In this document: positions 32,556 through 44,026 of the stretch, piece by piece
Layout of the letters: each line of letters opens with the position of its first letter
How positions within the stretch are numbered: the first letter of the stretch is position 1
Assembly: GCA_009859145.1 (NCBI GenBank)
Contig: VRVR01000010.1
Coordinates: forward strand, 287,851-351,850
Length of the DNA stretch: 64,000 bases
DNA from: Andalucia godoyi And28
Lineage: Eukaryota > Protista > Jakobida
Direction of reading: 5' to 3'
Position numbers and translations under genes: made by a program
The notes under the pieces: model-generated
Told to the model about the DNA's origin: nothing
The model's input: only the letters and a program-made list of their open reading frames with translations
The model's database searches: none

Positions 32556-35500
32556 CTATCGAGATTGATACGTAATGGGCAGTGGGGACCGATAGCCGCC
32601 GTCGGTCAACATGGGCGCACGATGCAACCGAGGTCGGTCCAACCGATCATCGAATCCACCATCGCTGGAGTTCGATGCGTTGTCGTCGCCCAGTTCCAAT
32701 CGTTGAATTGTCGAAACGAGAACTTCATCATCTGCAATGCGCTCTAGCCCGTCTTCCAACTTCATTTCAATAAACTGCAGAGTAGATCGCATTTGATCCA
32801 CATGCGTGTCCATGTCTTGAATGAAAGCCAAAAGATCCGGATTTTCCGGGGACTCTTGGAGTTTCACTTTCGCATCTTTTGACGCAACACCGTAAATGCC
32901 GTATGTCACTGCAAATGCACGGCGAATCCAAGGACTTGCCCGGTCTGGGTCGTTCAACTCGGCAAGAAACACCGCCAAATCAGAATACACTTCACTGGTC
33001 TGTGGATGGAAAAACCCTAAATTCTTCTCCACAAACCGAACACCCCTGCTCAGCATGTAGAACTGAATACACACGGAAACGAGCTCCTCGTCCGAATGCT
33101 CACGAACCAACATTGGATCTGGAGGAGGGTCCTTGCACAGACGGGCAAGCGAAATAATACAAATAGCCTTTTCCAACAGAGACAACTGCCAGTTTGCAGA
33201 CAATGCTGCTTGCGCACTCAAAGCATCCAACGTCTGCTTCTGCGGAGCTTGCAAGGAGGACGTTTGCAAAACTTGGTTCTTCTCACCAACAGACTCCACC
33301 GAGGTTGCGCTCGCCCGTCCAAAAACGGCACCGCTGCGTTCTGAGAACTGCAAAGCGCGCTGGAAACAATATACCGCTTCTTCAGAGAGCTGGTCCTTTG
33401 GAATGAAGGCACAGCGATTCCAACGAGAATACTCGGGACGACCAGCCTCTGCATGCCTGGACATGAAATGCTCTCCAGATCGAAGATACACCAAGACCTC
33501 GACGTCATGGCCAATGTTACCAGGCGGAGCTTCCCGGCATTCCGTCATTACTTGGCGGAACATGGTTGATGCTCGTTCTCTCTCTGGACCCCCCGTCAAG
33601 TGCCACTGACTTCTGGTGCCTTGGGAATCAAGATCCAAACACTCCTGGAGGGATCGGAGCACCGATATCTCTTTTTCATTAAGAGGATTCGCGGAGCGCC
33701 GAAGTTGAATGATCTTCGCGCTGTCACTGGGAAGCGTTGCCAGCGGAAGACTCGATTTCGTCTTCTGAATCATGATGTCAAACGACGTGATTGCGAAATC
33801 GTCAATAGAAAACGGAGTCTCTTGGGAAAAATCTACATCGCTGTCCTCCATGAACTCGTCCTTGAACAACACACCGCCGAGTTTGGATAAAATGCACAAA
33901 ACAACGGAAAACAGGTGCATTTGCTCAAGGGAGGTGCGCTGGATGACTGGGGACTCAGAGGGAAACTTCTTCAACGCCAAGTCCTGGATGTATTTCCACA
34001 CATTGATGGAACTCTGGGAAGGAACGCCGCAGAACACGTCGTTGAGATACTTGACAACCAGCGTGGCGATGACTTGGCGCGCATGATTCGGACCATTGTT
34101 AAATATGGCCTCCGGGTTATTGAGGTCGAAAATTACAGAAAGCGCATCTCGAATCAACGTTCGAATGGTCCGAGCAAAAATTTCCTGCATCACTAATTGT
34201 CGATGATGAGCAAACTGCAGACGATTCACAATCACACCAAGGAACCGCATGTTGATGCCGCGCGAATGCATGGCCAATGAAAGCTCGTCTGACGAACAAG
34301 GATTCACAATGTGCAAGTTCATTTCCTCCACAAACCTAGGAATGACAACTTTCTTCAAGTGTTCGTAGGCTTGGCCGACAGTCTTCGGCGTCACATACAG
34401 CCGTGGATACGGTGGATCAATCAAAACTTCCTGATCATCCAGCGGCAAATCTCGTTGAGAGATCTTTCGATACACTGTCACACCGTGAATCGACAGCGGT
34501 TCATAGCCTTCCACCAACTGCGTTTCGTCGCGGTATGCACCGAGAAATTCGGGTCTCAAGAACAAGCCAGCAGCCGGAGACGGCCACAGTGCTGCGGCAT
34601 CAATCAAATGGTACTTTGGACTATCTGCTTTGCCCGTGCTCATGATTCGACTTGCAGAAGGAATCGACAAATGATAGTCTCTTCCAGTCAGGGCTTCGCG
34701 TTCGGCGAAGCACTGGCTTTGCCAGCCGAGCACGCGTCCCACGCGATCCGCAAGATCCAGTCCGCGGGACGTGGTCTGTATTTCAAGCTCGTTCGTTGTC
34801 AAGCCGTGGAGCAACTGCGCATTCATCGGATCGTACAAGAAAGAACAAACGAATCGCTGTCCACAGCAGTCCACAATGCACACGTCGGCGATGTCGACAA
34901 CTGGATTCGCACTGTTCATTGCGTGTCGAAGAGTTTGAATCGCACGCACTTCAGCAGCAGCCGTTCTGAAGGCCATGTCTCCGTCTCCTCCACCGATCTT
35001 CCAGTGCGCAGCAAGGCGGAACACAACGTTGCGGTGAAGATAAACTTCACCGCCTCGACCGAACGCAGATCGAGCCTGAAATGCGACGGGCTTCGGAATC
35101 GTGCGATCCACAACAATCGCACGAGCACCTTCCCGGGCAATCAGCAAAAGCTGTTCGTGCTTGGACACCGATTGGTATGGCACCGCCGGATCTGGCTTGG
35201 GAAGCGTGACGATGTGAGGATTTCTGGGAATGAAATCAGGGGGGTTCAAAGGCATTCCAAGGGCGTAGAAGTGGAAAATGGGTGAAAAATGATCCGGTAA
35301 AACGAGCGCATCGTCTGTCAGCAATTTTCCATTTGCACCAAACACTCGCTGCTGATTCACTCCATAGCCAAAATCATTTGCTATCTGGATCTTGAGTGTC
35401 AGCACGGTGCACTCGTCCTTCGGAAGATGGAATCGGTACAGCACTTCTGATGCATCTCGTGGCACTGCTGCCTGCGAAAACTCCGCATCATTCATGAAAA

Positions 35501-36503
35501 CCTGAGCAGGTTGGAATGCCACAAAGATGGATGTCAATTCCGGATTGACCGCGTCAGCCTCGTCTCGCAATCGCGCTTCCTCAAGCAACGCCCGGCGCTT
35601 CTTCTCAACAGCCATTCGCTCAGCATTACGATCCAGCGCTTCTCTGCGGATCGAATACTCGATATCCCGTTCCCATCGCTCTCTGGCACGTGTGGAGACT
35701 TCAATCTCAAATCCGGCATCCATGTATTTGCGCTCGGCAGCGGAAACGGTCGGTTGCGGAGCACTGTCCTCTTCAAATGGTTCCGGTTCCGGTTCCGGTT
35801 GTGGTTGTGGTTGCGATTCCGGCGTCGGCTTAGACTGCGGTTGCGGTTGCGAAGCGGATTCTGCCGCAATTGCAGCCTGGGAAGTCGGTTCAGAAGTTGG
35901 CTGCGCAGCTGGAGCACACTGCGGGGTTGAAGCTGGCTCGGGGATTGGTTCAGTTGCCTGTGCTGACGTTGTACTGGAGGACGCGACTTTTGCATCATTA
36001 TCATTTCTATCAACTGCCGCCGTGTTTGAGCTCGCGGTTGCACCAGCATTTGCATTCGACGACGCCACACCAGGTCCCGAGACCTCACTTTTCACGTCCA
36101 CGTCCTGGTCCTTGTTACTGTTATTGCTGCAGGAAATTTCCTCGTGCGTCTCCGGTTGCTTCTTTTCGGGTCCATTTTCCCTCACTTCATCGGCAGGTGC
36201 CGATGGCTGTGGATCAGAAGGAGGCGCAACGGGCGCAACTTGCGCACCAGAATATGACGCGTTGTTATTGTTATTGTTATTGTTATTGTTATTGTTGTTA
36301 TTATTGTTGCTGCTGCTGGTTGTATCATTCACAGGACTTGAAGAGCCGGAAGGCCCCTTTTGCTGCTGTTGCTGTTGCTGAGCCTTCTGCGATCCATCAG
36401 CCGTGGCATTGTCCGCTTGCTGCTGTTGCTGCTCTGCAGCAATCCACTGCTCATCAGGCTGTTCGTTCTGTGCCTTTTTCTTCTTGGACGCACCGCACCC
36501 CAT
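32556..36503 (-). CDS. CLU (clustered mitochondria/eIF3 p135)-domain protein with N-terminal MGCGAS acylation motif, low-complexity region, possible ubiquitin-like domain and TPR-like tail, 1315 aa
   Basis: AFGRGGEVYLHRNVVF, AAAEVRAIQ, IVDCCGQRF, ELSLAMHSRGINMRFLG, EIFARTIRTLIR, LGFFHPQTSEVYSDLA. Confidence 0.8.
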   Translation of the reverse strand: MGCGASKKKKAQNEQPDEQWIAAEQQQQQADNATADGSQKAQQQQQQQKGPSGSSSPVNDTTSSSNNNNNNNNNNNNNNNNASYSGAQVAPVAPPSDPQPSAPADEVRENGPEKKQPETHEEISCSNNSNKDQDVDVKSEVSGPGVASSNANAGATASSNTAAVDRNDNDAKVASSSTTSAQATEPIPEPASTPQCAPAAQPTSEPTSQAAIAAESASQPQPQSKPTPESQPQPQPEPEPEPFEEDSAPQPTVSAAERKYMDAGFEIEVSTRARERWERDIEYSIRREALDRNAERMAVEKKRRALLEEARLRDEADAVNPELTSIFVAFQPAQVFMNDAEFSQAAVPRDASEVLYRFHLPKDECTVLTLKIQIANDFGYGVNQQRVFGANGKLLTDDALVLPDHFSPIFHFYALGMPLNPPDFIPRNPHIVTLPKPDPAVPYQSVSKHEQLLLIAREGARAIVVDRTIPKPVAFQARSAFGRGGEVYLHRNVVFRLAAHWKIGGGDGDMAFRTAAAEVRAIQTLRHAMNSANPVVDIADVCIVDCCGQRFVCSFLYDPMNAQLLHGLTTNELEIQTTSRGLDLADRVGRVLGWQSQCFAEREALTGRDYHLSIPSASRIMSTGKADSPKYHLIDAAALWPSPAAGLFLRPEFLGAYRDETQLVEGYEPLSIHGVTVYRKISQRDLPLDDQEVLIDPPYPRLYVTPKTVGQAYEHLKKVVIPRFVEEMNLHIVNPCSSDELSLAMHSRGINMRFLGVIVNRLQFAHHRQLVMQEIFARTIRTLIRDALSVIFDLNNPEAIFNNGPNHARQVIATLVVKYLNDVFCGVPSQSSINVWKYIQDLALKKFPSESPVIQRTSLEQMHLFSVVLCILSKLGGVLFKDEFMEDSDVDFSQETPFSIDDFAITSFDIMIQKTKSSLPLATLPSDSAKIIQLRRSANPLNEKEISVLRSLQECLDLDSQGTRSQWHLTGGPERERASTMFRQVMTECREAPPGNIGHDVEVLVYLRSGEHFMSRHAEAGRPEYSRWNRCAFIPKDQLSEEAVYCFQRALQFSERSGAVFGRASATSVESVGEKNQVLQTSSLQAPQKQTLDALSAQAALSANWQLSLLEKAICIISLARLCKDPPPDPMLVREHSDEELVSVCIQFYMLSRGVRFVEKNLGFFHPQTSEVYSDLAVFLAELNDPDRASPWIRRAFAVTYGIYGVASKDAKVKLQESPENPDLLAFIQDMDTHVDQMRSTLQFIEMKLEDGLERIADDEVLVSTIQRLELGDDNASNSSDGGFDDRLDRPRLHRAPMLTDGGYRSPLPITYQSR

Positions 36504-37161
36504 CCCTACCTTTCTAAACAGCAAGTACAAACCGCCAAAAACAAAAACAAACTCCCCCTCTCCCGAAAGAAAAATAATTTAATAAAATAACTAATTAAAA
36601 AAAAATAATAATAACCAACTGCTACGCTACAAACAAAAGAAGACTAGACTGAAAACCCAACTTGGTTTGAAAAAACAATGTCGGATGCAACAAAGAACAG
36701 ATCAAAGAAAGAGAATGAAGAAACGGAAACAAAACGAAGAATCCAAGAAGAGCAGGATGCAAAAGGGATCAGCAAACGAACAGCAGAATTTCACGGGTCA
36801 GAAATGGATTCAGGTTAGGTTTCGGTGAGAGGTTGGTTGGGACTCTTTGGTGGGGTGGGGAAGGTCGTGTGTGTGTGTGTGTGTGTGGTGTACAGTCGCT
36901 GTGGCAGTGCCTTCGAGTAATTGAGGACTTGAGACGTGAGAGTCGAAAGTCGAGAGTTGAGAGTTGAGAGTTGAGACTGCGGATCTTTTCTCTTTCTGTA
37001 TGAGTGCTTTGTGTGTGTTGTCTGGGTTGGTGTGGAATCCGTACGTGAAAACGGTTCGGGAGGGGAAAATATGCAAACGGCCGGCTTTGGTGCTTTTTGG
37101 AGGTTTTGATACGGGGTACAGGGAGGGGATTACGGTTTGCAAAGGTTTCCTTTGGGAGGGG

Positions 37162-39861
37162 ATGAAGATTCACATTAAGGAGGAGGAGGTGGTACTTGTG
37201 ATCCTGGACTATTTGAAGCATCGGGGGTTCTACCAGGCACTGTCGTCGTTGGAATCCGAGTCCAAGGTGACGCTGGAGACGTACGGCCAGGAACTGTTGT
37301 TTCTACGTTCGCTTGTTCTGGAAGGGGCATGGGACGACGTGTGTGCGTTTCTAAGTCCGCTGCAGACCCGCGTGGACTTTGACTACAAGGCGGCGTTGTT
37401 TGCGGTCAAGAAGCAGAAGTTCCTCGAGATGCTGTCGTCCGAGAAGCTTTCGCCGGCGGTTGTGGAGCTCGTGGATGGGCTGAAAGAGCTGGAGGATAAG
37501 TGCTCGCGAGAAGAGTTCAACTCGCTGTGCTATGTGCTGACTCTCAAAAAGCTGCAGGATCACCCGGACTTCTCGACGTGGACTGTGTACCATGGGCGCG
37601 TGGAGACGTTTGAGATGCTGAAGCCGCTGTTTTCTCGCGTCTATGACCACCATGAGAAACAGGCAGAAAAGTCAAATGTGTCAAAGATGGAGCCTGGACG
37701 ACTGGTCAAGCTGTTCCGTGACGCATTGCTGTTCCAGATCAGTGCTTACGAGGCAGTGGAGAAGAAGAGGAGGGTGACGACGGATGGCGGAGGCTCTGAG
37801 CTCGGCGCAAAGAATGGTCCGGTCTATGGCTCATTGCTGCATGATTTCCCCGAAGGAGTGAAAGTCACGGCACTTGATTCCGTGCGCGCGCAGCTCCCCG
37901 AGGTCGTTGTGGACACAGATGGCAATGGGAGCCACGACGACAGCAAGGGCATTCGAACAAGAGCATTCAATGCTGCGGTGCATCAATCAGTGCAACTTCC
38001 AGCTCGAAATCGACCAGCGCAGCATTCGCAGGCTGCAATGCGCGATTTTCAAGCAGCTGCCTTCCGCGTTGCAGGAAATCCGTCCAGCACGACGGTCGTG
38101 GGAAGATCGGTTGCGCAGCCGTTGCCAAAGTCCGCCGATCGGTTGCCACGAAGCGCATCTGCTGGTCGCAGTTCCGCTGTCCAGCAGCAGGGCTCGCAGA
38201 ATCCTGCCCAGATGCAGCAGGCGACCCGAGGACTTCGACCGCAGTCTGCGCGTCCGGAACCACAGGCTGGCCCAAAGAAGAAGCCTGTTTCGTTTTTTGT
38301 GGCTGCAGATGGGGTCCGCAGCAATGACGAGGACGGCAACGACAACTTTATCAAGGACAATGATAACAACGACAATGGGCGAGACATAGAGGATGTGCAG
38401 GAGCCGGAATTTGGAGATCTGTACCCTGATCTCTCGTCTCCAACGAGTCAAAGCGGGCAGGGACAAGAAAGGGTGGTAGGGGCGGACGAAGGAGAAGAAC
38501 AGCGACAACCGTCCATGACACGGTCTTCTTCTGTTTCTTCAGGATCGGCGAGAAGCGTTCCGCGGTTGTCTGACAGCAGTGTCCCATCGTACGCTTCCGA
38601 AGCAGTTGGTTCAGATCCATTTGGTCACGAGGAGGAGCAGCAACAATCGCCTGCTTTCGGAGGAAGAGACGCAGGACCAGTTTCAGTTCCTGCACCAGCT
38701 CCGGTTTCTTCTAACCGGTCTCTTGTCTTGTCTCGAGGTGACAAGGAATCTGTAGCGCAGGGTTTCCGGCCCATTCAACAGCGGAATTCGGAAGGCCGAC
38801 GGGGCGGCGAGCCAATGGAATCTATATTGGAAACGACGCCGAAATCCTTCAAGTTTCGTTCTTTTGATTTTCTCCAGGACTCGCAAGCGCTGCGGTCTGT
38901 TTCGTTTGCGCCTGCAGGGACCTATCTTGCAGTTGGATCCAACTCCAAGACACTGCGAACGTGCTCCTTTTCTTCGTTGAACACACAATCACAGCAAAAC
39001 GTACCACTGTCTCCTTTGGCGCTGCTCTCCAGTCTCCATCCGTTACAGATCTTGTGGGAGGCCCACAAGTATCATGCTGGCTCAATCTACTGCACAGCCT
39101 TTTCGGACGACGGGATGTTTCTGGCTTCAGGGTCCAATGACCGGCTAGTGAAGGTGTCATGTTTTCACGAACAGCAAGCGGTATCGACAGTCACTCTTCC
39201 AGGGCATTCTGGAACCGTTCGGTCCGTTTCATTTGCTTGTGGCCACCCGACGCATCTGTTCTCTGGTGGCGACTGCACTATCAAGTTGTGGGACGTGCAG
39301 GCCGAGTCCGTTCTGAAAGAGTGCTCTGTCGCCGCCGCAAGTTCTGAAGACGTGCCTGAAGTTCTATCGGTGTCTCCGCTGCGCAATCCCTTGAATGCAC
39401 ACTGCGTGCTGTCTGGCTCCTCCGACGGGGTCCTTCGGCTTCACGACTTTCGCTCGACGAACCCGTCCGAATGGACCATTGATTTGCAGGGCGGCGAGAT
39501 CTGGTCATTGTGTGCCGGGTACACTGGGCTGTCTGACGGTCGTGCATTTGCTGGTTTGCGAGACGGGAGAGTTGCAGTCGTGGATTACCGCAGAGGCATC
39601 GTGGATTCTTTTCTGGATATGTGCCATCGCGACGAATGCCGGTCTCTCTCGCTCAGTGCGTGTGGCCGCTACCTTGCATCTGCATCCTTTGACAAGTCTA
39701 TTTGCATCACGGATTTGAGCAGTATGACCGTTGTTTCTCGGATCTTGGATGCTCACCAGGATCGTGTGGTGTCCGTTCAGTTTCATCCGCTGACTTCCGA
39801 CATCATGGCGTCCACCGCAACGGACCGCAAAGTCACACTGTGGGTCAATGACGCTGCATGA
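37162..39861 (+). CDS. WDR47: WDR47-like LisH-CTLH-WD40 protein, 899 aa (start MKIHIK at 37162)
   Basis: EEEVVLVILDYL, LFLRSLVLEGAWDDV, KQKFLEML; LAVGSNSKTLR, HAGSIYCTAFS, ASGSNDRLVK WD repeats. Confidence 0.85.
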   Translation: MKIHIKEEEVVLVILDYLKHRGFYQALSSLESESKVTLETYGQELLFLRSLVLEGAWDDVCAFLSPLQTRVDFDYKAALFAVKKQKFLEMLSSEKLSPAVVELVDGLKELEDKCSREEFNSLCYVLTLKKLQDHPDFSTWTVYHGRVETFEMLKPLFSRVYDHHEKQAEKSNVSKMEPGRLVKLFRDALLFQISAYEAVEKKRRVTTDGGGSELGAKNGPVYGSLLHDFPEGVKVTALDSVRAQLPEVVVDTDGNGSHDDSKGIRTRAFNAAVHQSVQLPARNRPAQHSQAAMRDFQAAAFRVAGNPSSTTVVGRSVAQPLPKSADRLPRSASAGRSSAVQQQGSQNPAQMQQATRGLRPQSARPEPQAGPKKKPVSFFVAADGVRSNDEDGNDNFIKDNDNNDNGRDIEDVQEPEFGDLYPDLSSPTSQSGQGQERVVGADEGEEQRQPSMTRSSSVSSGSARSVPRLSDSSVPSYASEAVGSDPFGHEEEQQQSPAFGGRDAGPVSVPAPAPVSSNRSLVLSRGDKESVAQGFRPIQQRNSEGRRGGEPMESILETTPKSFKFRSFDFLQDSQALRSVSFAPAGTYLAVGSNSKTLRTCSFSSLNTQSQQNVPLSPLALLSSLHPLQILWEAHKYHAGSIYCTAFSDDGMFLASGSNDRLVKVSCFHEQQAVSTVTLPGHSGTVRSVSFACGHPTHLFSGGDCTIKLWDVQAESVLKECSVAAASSEDVPEVLSVSPLRNPLNAHCVLSGSSDGVLRLHDFRSTNPSEWTIDLQGGEIWSLCAGYTGLSDGRAFAGLRDGRVAVVDYRRGIVDSFLDMCHRDECRSLSLSACGRYLASASFDKSICITDLSSMTVVSRILDAHQDRVVSVQFHPLTSDIMASTATDRKVTLWVNDAA

Positions 39862-40208
39862 ATGCAGGAAACACACACCCCCTCGGCTTCTTACATAAAG
39901 ACGAGTATTTATTAACATAATACGGCCCCCACCGCTGCCTGTGCTGTGTGACATTCGTTCGATTTCACGGAAGGAGAATCCTTCAAGTTTCCAAAACCAC
40001 TCGGAAAGCAAGCAGCCGCCAAGCAACCTTTTTTGTTATTTTTATTATGTATATTATGTATATATTATATTAAAACTATTATTACTTACATTTAAATTTA
40101 TTTCTTCGCATCTCCAACCGAAAACCCATCGATGCTGCTCCACTCCACGCAGGAACTCGCAAGTCGTTAGTTTTTCACCGTTTGCGACGTGCGCGAAGAA
40201 GGAAATCC

Positions 40209-41069
40209 ATGGTGCACATTGATTTCAAGGACAGTGTCCTGTATCAGCTGTGGGTGCATCCAATTGTTCTGTTGTTGATCGTGCTGCAGACAGTGTTGTA
40301 CGTTTTGTCCATCACCAAATATCCCGAGTATCTCGATAGGTTTGCCTTTGTGTACGAAAAGATTGTGAATGTACGGGAATGGTGGAGGCTGGTAACCTGT
40401 GCGTTTTTCCACGGATCGTTCCTGCATCTTGCGTTCAACATGTCGTCGTTCTATGCGCTGACTGCATTTGAAGACTCAACAGGCAGCATATGCGCTTTGT
40501 TCAGCGGTGTTTCGCCGTCCGACTACTTTTCCTCTTCCGTCTCGGCGTCTCCGATGCTTATGGTCCTTCGCGAAAAGGCTGCCTTTCTCGCAATGATGAC
40601 CTCGCTGACACTACTCTGCGGAGTTGCGACGTATCTCTTGTATCATTCTGCGATCCACCATACGGACCACCTCGCAGCTGCGAGCTGGATGCCAAAAGCA
40701 CTTGCCGACCGAATTGCAAGCTGGGACACCAATCGCTACTATTCGCAGCCTGCAGTCGGCTTCTCCTGTGTGCTGTTTGCGCTGCAGACGATCACTGTCT
40801 CTTTGTTTCCTCGATCGGTTGTTCCAATGTTTGGATTCTTCAACATTCCCGCTGTCCTCTCCCCCTTTGTTTCTCTCCTTATCATCCAGATCATCGTCCC
40901 AAACGCGTCCCTGCTTGGCCACCTCGCCGGCATTCTTGTCGGCTTCCTGTACGGCTTTGGCGTCGTTTTCGGCGGATGCTCGTTCCTCGGCCCTTCTGCG
41001 CTGTACATCACCCTGGCCATATCCGCAGCCTCGGTTTCTGCAGTCCACTTTGTGAATCGCAACTCTTGA
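40209..41069 (+). CDS. Rhomboid-family intramembrane serine protease (RHBDD1/RBL-type)
   Basis: EWWRLVT, FFHGSFLHLAFNM, catalytic AVGFSCVLF and SLLGHLAGIL. Confidence 0.88.
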   Translation: MVHIDFKDSVLYQLWVHPIVLLLIVLQTVLYVLSITKYPEYLDRFAFVYEKIVNVREWWRLVTCAFFHGSFLHLAFNMSSFYALTAFEDSTGSICALFSGVSPSDYFSSSVSASPMLMVLREKAAFLAMMTSLTLLCGVATYLLYHSAIHHTDHLAAASWMPKALADRIASWDTNRYYSQPAVGFSCVLFALQTITVSLFPRSVVPMFGFFNIPAVLSPFVSLLIIQIIVPNASLLGHLAGILVGFLYGFGVVFGGCSFLGPSALYITLAISAASVSAVHFVNRNS

Positions 41070-41112
41070 TGAACATCAGTAAATTGAAATGGAAAAAAAA
41101 CAAAAAAAACAA

Positions 41113-41490
41113 TTATGCTTTTACTCGGATATTGTGCTTTCTCGTAAACTCACCAAGCTCGGCATCGCGTCTCTTGAGCGCCTGTTCCAGCTGCGCGATG
41201 AGCTCCGCGATTTGGTCCTTGTTTCCCGAGACGGCCGGCACGACTTCTCCGACGGTACGTTCAAGCAGCACGCCGCCGACCATTCTGTAAGCCTTGCGCG
41301 ATGCCTCGAGGCCCGTAAGCGAGGACAGCACAAGGTCATGCTCGGCACGGTCCATCTCCAGCTCCTGGATCTTGGAATGCAAGTTCAGGCACTCTTGTCG
41401 GAGCGTCTGGAACTGGTTCAGAATCACCTGCTGGTCCTCAGACGACATCGACGAACCCGTCATCGACGCAGATCCACTGGAAGACGCCAT
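41113..41490 (-). CDS. PFDN2: Prefoldin subunit 2
   Basis: KIQELEMDRAEHDLV, RKAYRMVGGVLLERTVGEVVP. Confidence 0.93.
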   Translation of the reverse strand: MASSSGSASMTGSSMSSEDQQVILNQFQTLRQECLNLHSKIQELEMDRAEHDLVLSSLTGLEASRKAYRMVGGVLLERTVGEVVPAVSGNKDQIAELIAQLEQALKRRDAELGEFTRKHNIRVKA

Positions 41491-42064
41491 CTCGTTCTTA
41501 TGTCAATCGTACTCAGTCTGCTCCTTTCCCCCCTTCTTTCTAAACGCAAGCTATTCCTCTCCCTCTCTGGTCGTGTCACCCACCTCGTACCACCAAAAGG
41601 AGAAAAAAAAAGAATCAAAAAGAAAATATTTAAAAATATAAAATACATTTAGTAGAAAAATTTAAAAAAACAATGTATTAAAAACGACAACCATAATAAT
41701 CCAAAAGCATGAATGAAAGGGACGAAATTATGAGTGAAAGAGGGGAAAGGAGCGTTTCTCAATGAAAGGCGCGGGAGAAATAGGATTTCTCTCTCTCTCT
41801 CTCTCTCTCTTTCCTTTTTTTTACAGCTGTTTGGATCAACGGAGTCGACGAATCTCGACCAAAAGAGGTTTTCCTTTTTGTTGAGACAATGCGAACAAAT
41901 AGAATCCTTTTTTCTTGATCGGCGAATGTGAGCCCGCAGTCAAATGACAATTTTACATTGAAAAATTAATTAAGTAATTGTTTTCATTTTTTTCCTTTGC
42001 GGTTTTCAGCGTTTATGCTTCATTCAATTGATTTTTTAATTTATCTTGTTTGTTCTGTTTCCGG

Positions 42065-43336
42065 ATGATCCAGCAGCTTGGAGAGTGCCAGTCTTTTTTG
42101 TTCAGCCATGACTCCGACTTGAACGCCAGTCTGTTTTGTGTGTGCGATGCGGGCTTTCCTCCGTTTGTTCCTCTCACACACTCTACTTCGATTTCCAGCA
42201 GCGGCAGTAGCAATAGCAACGACAACGGCAACGGCAATGGTAATGGTGTGTTCCAGGGTGATGGAGATGGAGTGCATTCCGAGTTTGCACAGATGTTTGC
42301 ATTCCATGATTCGTCATTGTTTTGTGCAGAGTTGGGCGTTGACAGTCTCGTGACGCAAGCTCCACACCATGTCTTTTCAAACTCGCAGTTCTTGAGCATG
42401 CTCGCGGCAACGAACGACCTTGCAGACTCTGACACGATGCATCCGTCTTTTCTGGAGGCCAAGCCAGAGCCGCTGAGTTGTCCGCCTGCTGTTCCTGCTG
42501 CCGCGATGCAGACTCGGTTTGACGACTGCAAGCTAGAGAGCCAGGCTTGCGAGAGTGCAGCACGAGGTATGCTTCCTTTGCACGTGGAGAGCGCTCCGAC
42601 GCCGCTTGGCGATGTGGCTGTGCCATCCATGGGGGTTGCACACGTGCCAAGCGGCGTGTTTGGAAAGGCAATGTGGTTTCGTGGATGCAGGATTCTCGTG
42701 CGGTGGAAGCACGGATGCGAGAGCAGCAGCTATGTCGGAGATGTGATGCCGGAAGTGCTGGGAAACATGACAAACCGTATCGGCGTGTCTCTGTCGCTGC
42801 CGGATGTCGATGCCGATGTCGATGCCGATGCAGATGCAGATGCGCCAATGGAGTTGCTGCACGATGATGACGACACTCGTACCTCTTGTGCCGGGACTCG
42901 GGGCGCAGTACTCGCCGTCCATGGTTCGTGGACGTGCCACTTGTATTTGCTGGACGACAAGGACAACTGTTCCGGACTGAATATAATGAAGACCAAGTCT
43001 GGTACGCTTGTTACCCGCGGACCAATGTCCATGCTTCTGTCCTCGCCCACGCACCACCACCATCACGATCACCACGATCACCAACAGCAGCAGCCTCGAA
43101 CGAACTGCACGTTCGAGGCGTTTACCATGCCGTGTGCAACGATTGGAAAGAGAACATCGTTGCAGTTTGCGGTTGTGTTTCGCGATGCTGCGACTGGCGA
43201 GGACCTATTTGAGGTCTTCAGCTCTAAGTTCAAGGTGCTTGCTCGCCAGCGCAAGACAATCGAAGAAAAGGAACGCCGCAAGATGGCCGTCTCCAAGCGC
43301 AACAACGGCGTTGCCCGTGCGTCGCCTCGCAAGTAG
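42065..43336 (+). CDS. Hypothetical protein; beta-rich C-terminal domain followed by a basic tail
   Basis: Long ORF with poly-N/G, DA and H tracts; ends SSKFKVLARQRK...KERRK...SPRK. Confidence 0.7.
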   Translation: MIQQLGECQSFLFSHDSDLNASLFCVCDAGFPPFVPLTHSTSISSSGSSNSNDNGNGNGNGVFQGDGDGVHSEFAQMFAFHDSSLFCAELGVDSLVTQAPHHVFSNSQFLSMLAATNDLADSDTMHPSFLEAKPEPLSCPPAVPAAAMQTRFDDCKLESQACESAARGMLPLHVESAPTPLGDVAVPSMGVAHVPSGVFGKAMWFRGCRILVRWKHGCESSSYVGDVMPEVLGNMTNRIGVSLSLPDVDADVDADADADAPMELLHDDDDTRTSCAGTRGAVLAVHGSWTCHLYLLDDKDNCSGLNIMKTKSGTLVTRGPMSMLLSSPTHHHHHDHHDHQQQQPRTNCTFEAFTMPCATIGKRTSLQFAVVFRDAATGEDLFEVFSSKFKVLARQRKTIEEKERRKMAVSKRNNGVARASPRK

Positions 43337-43646
43337 CCCCGCGTCAGCAAGCTGGGGTCTTTGCCAGAAGGGGAGATCTCATACAAAGATTTACATCTCC
43401 CCTTCCCAATATGTATTATTGAACATTTGAAGCTCCGCTGGAAAGAAAAGAGAGAGAAAAAACCCACCCGCGAAGCAATTATCATAAACACAACAATGTA
43501 CCTTTTTCCCCTTTGTGAGTGCGTTTGGCGTCGTTTACTTGCAATCCCGTCTCCAAACAAACAATCAATCATTAAAAAAAATAAAACCCACAGATTGGGG
43601 GAGAACGGCGGACAAAAGCGACTTTGAGCACGTGCGGATTTTCATA

Positions 43647-44026
43647 TCAGAACGACTTGTCTGAAAAGGCGCGGACGATGGATCCCGGGCCAGACTTTGC
43701 AAGCAGCGCTGCATGAAGCTTTAGGAGCGAGCCTGCATTGGGATGTTTCTCTTCGAAAGCGCGATAGACCATCTTGAGGACCGCGTCGATTTCCGCGGGC
43801 GATGCAAGCTGCTCTACGGCCACAGCGTATTCGGATTCCTTCAGCGCTGTAAACACCGGGACTGCGCACTTTGTGTAGAACTGCGCCGCATCCGCACTGG
43901 TCTTGGTCTCCACGCTCAGCGAACTCGGAGCGCTCTCGCAAAGAACCTTGAGGGCAGACTTTGGGTTCGAAAGACTCGACTGAATCGCCTTTTCTCTCAG
44001 TGATATATACTCGGACCACGATGACA

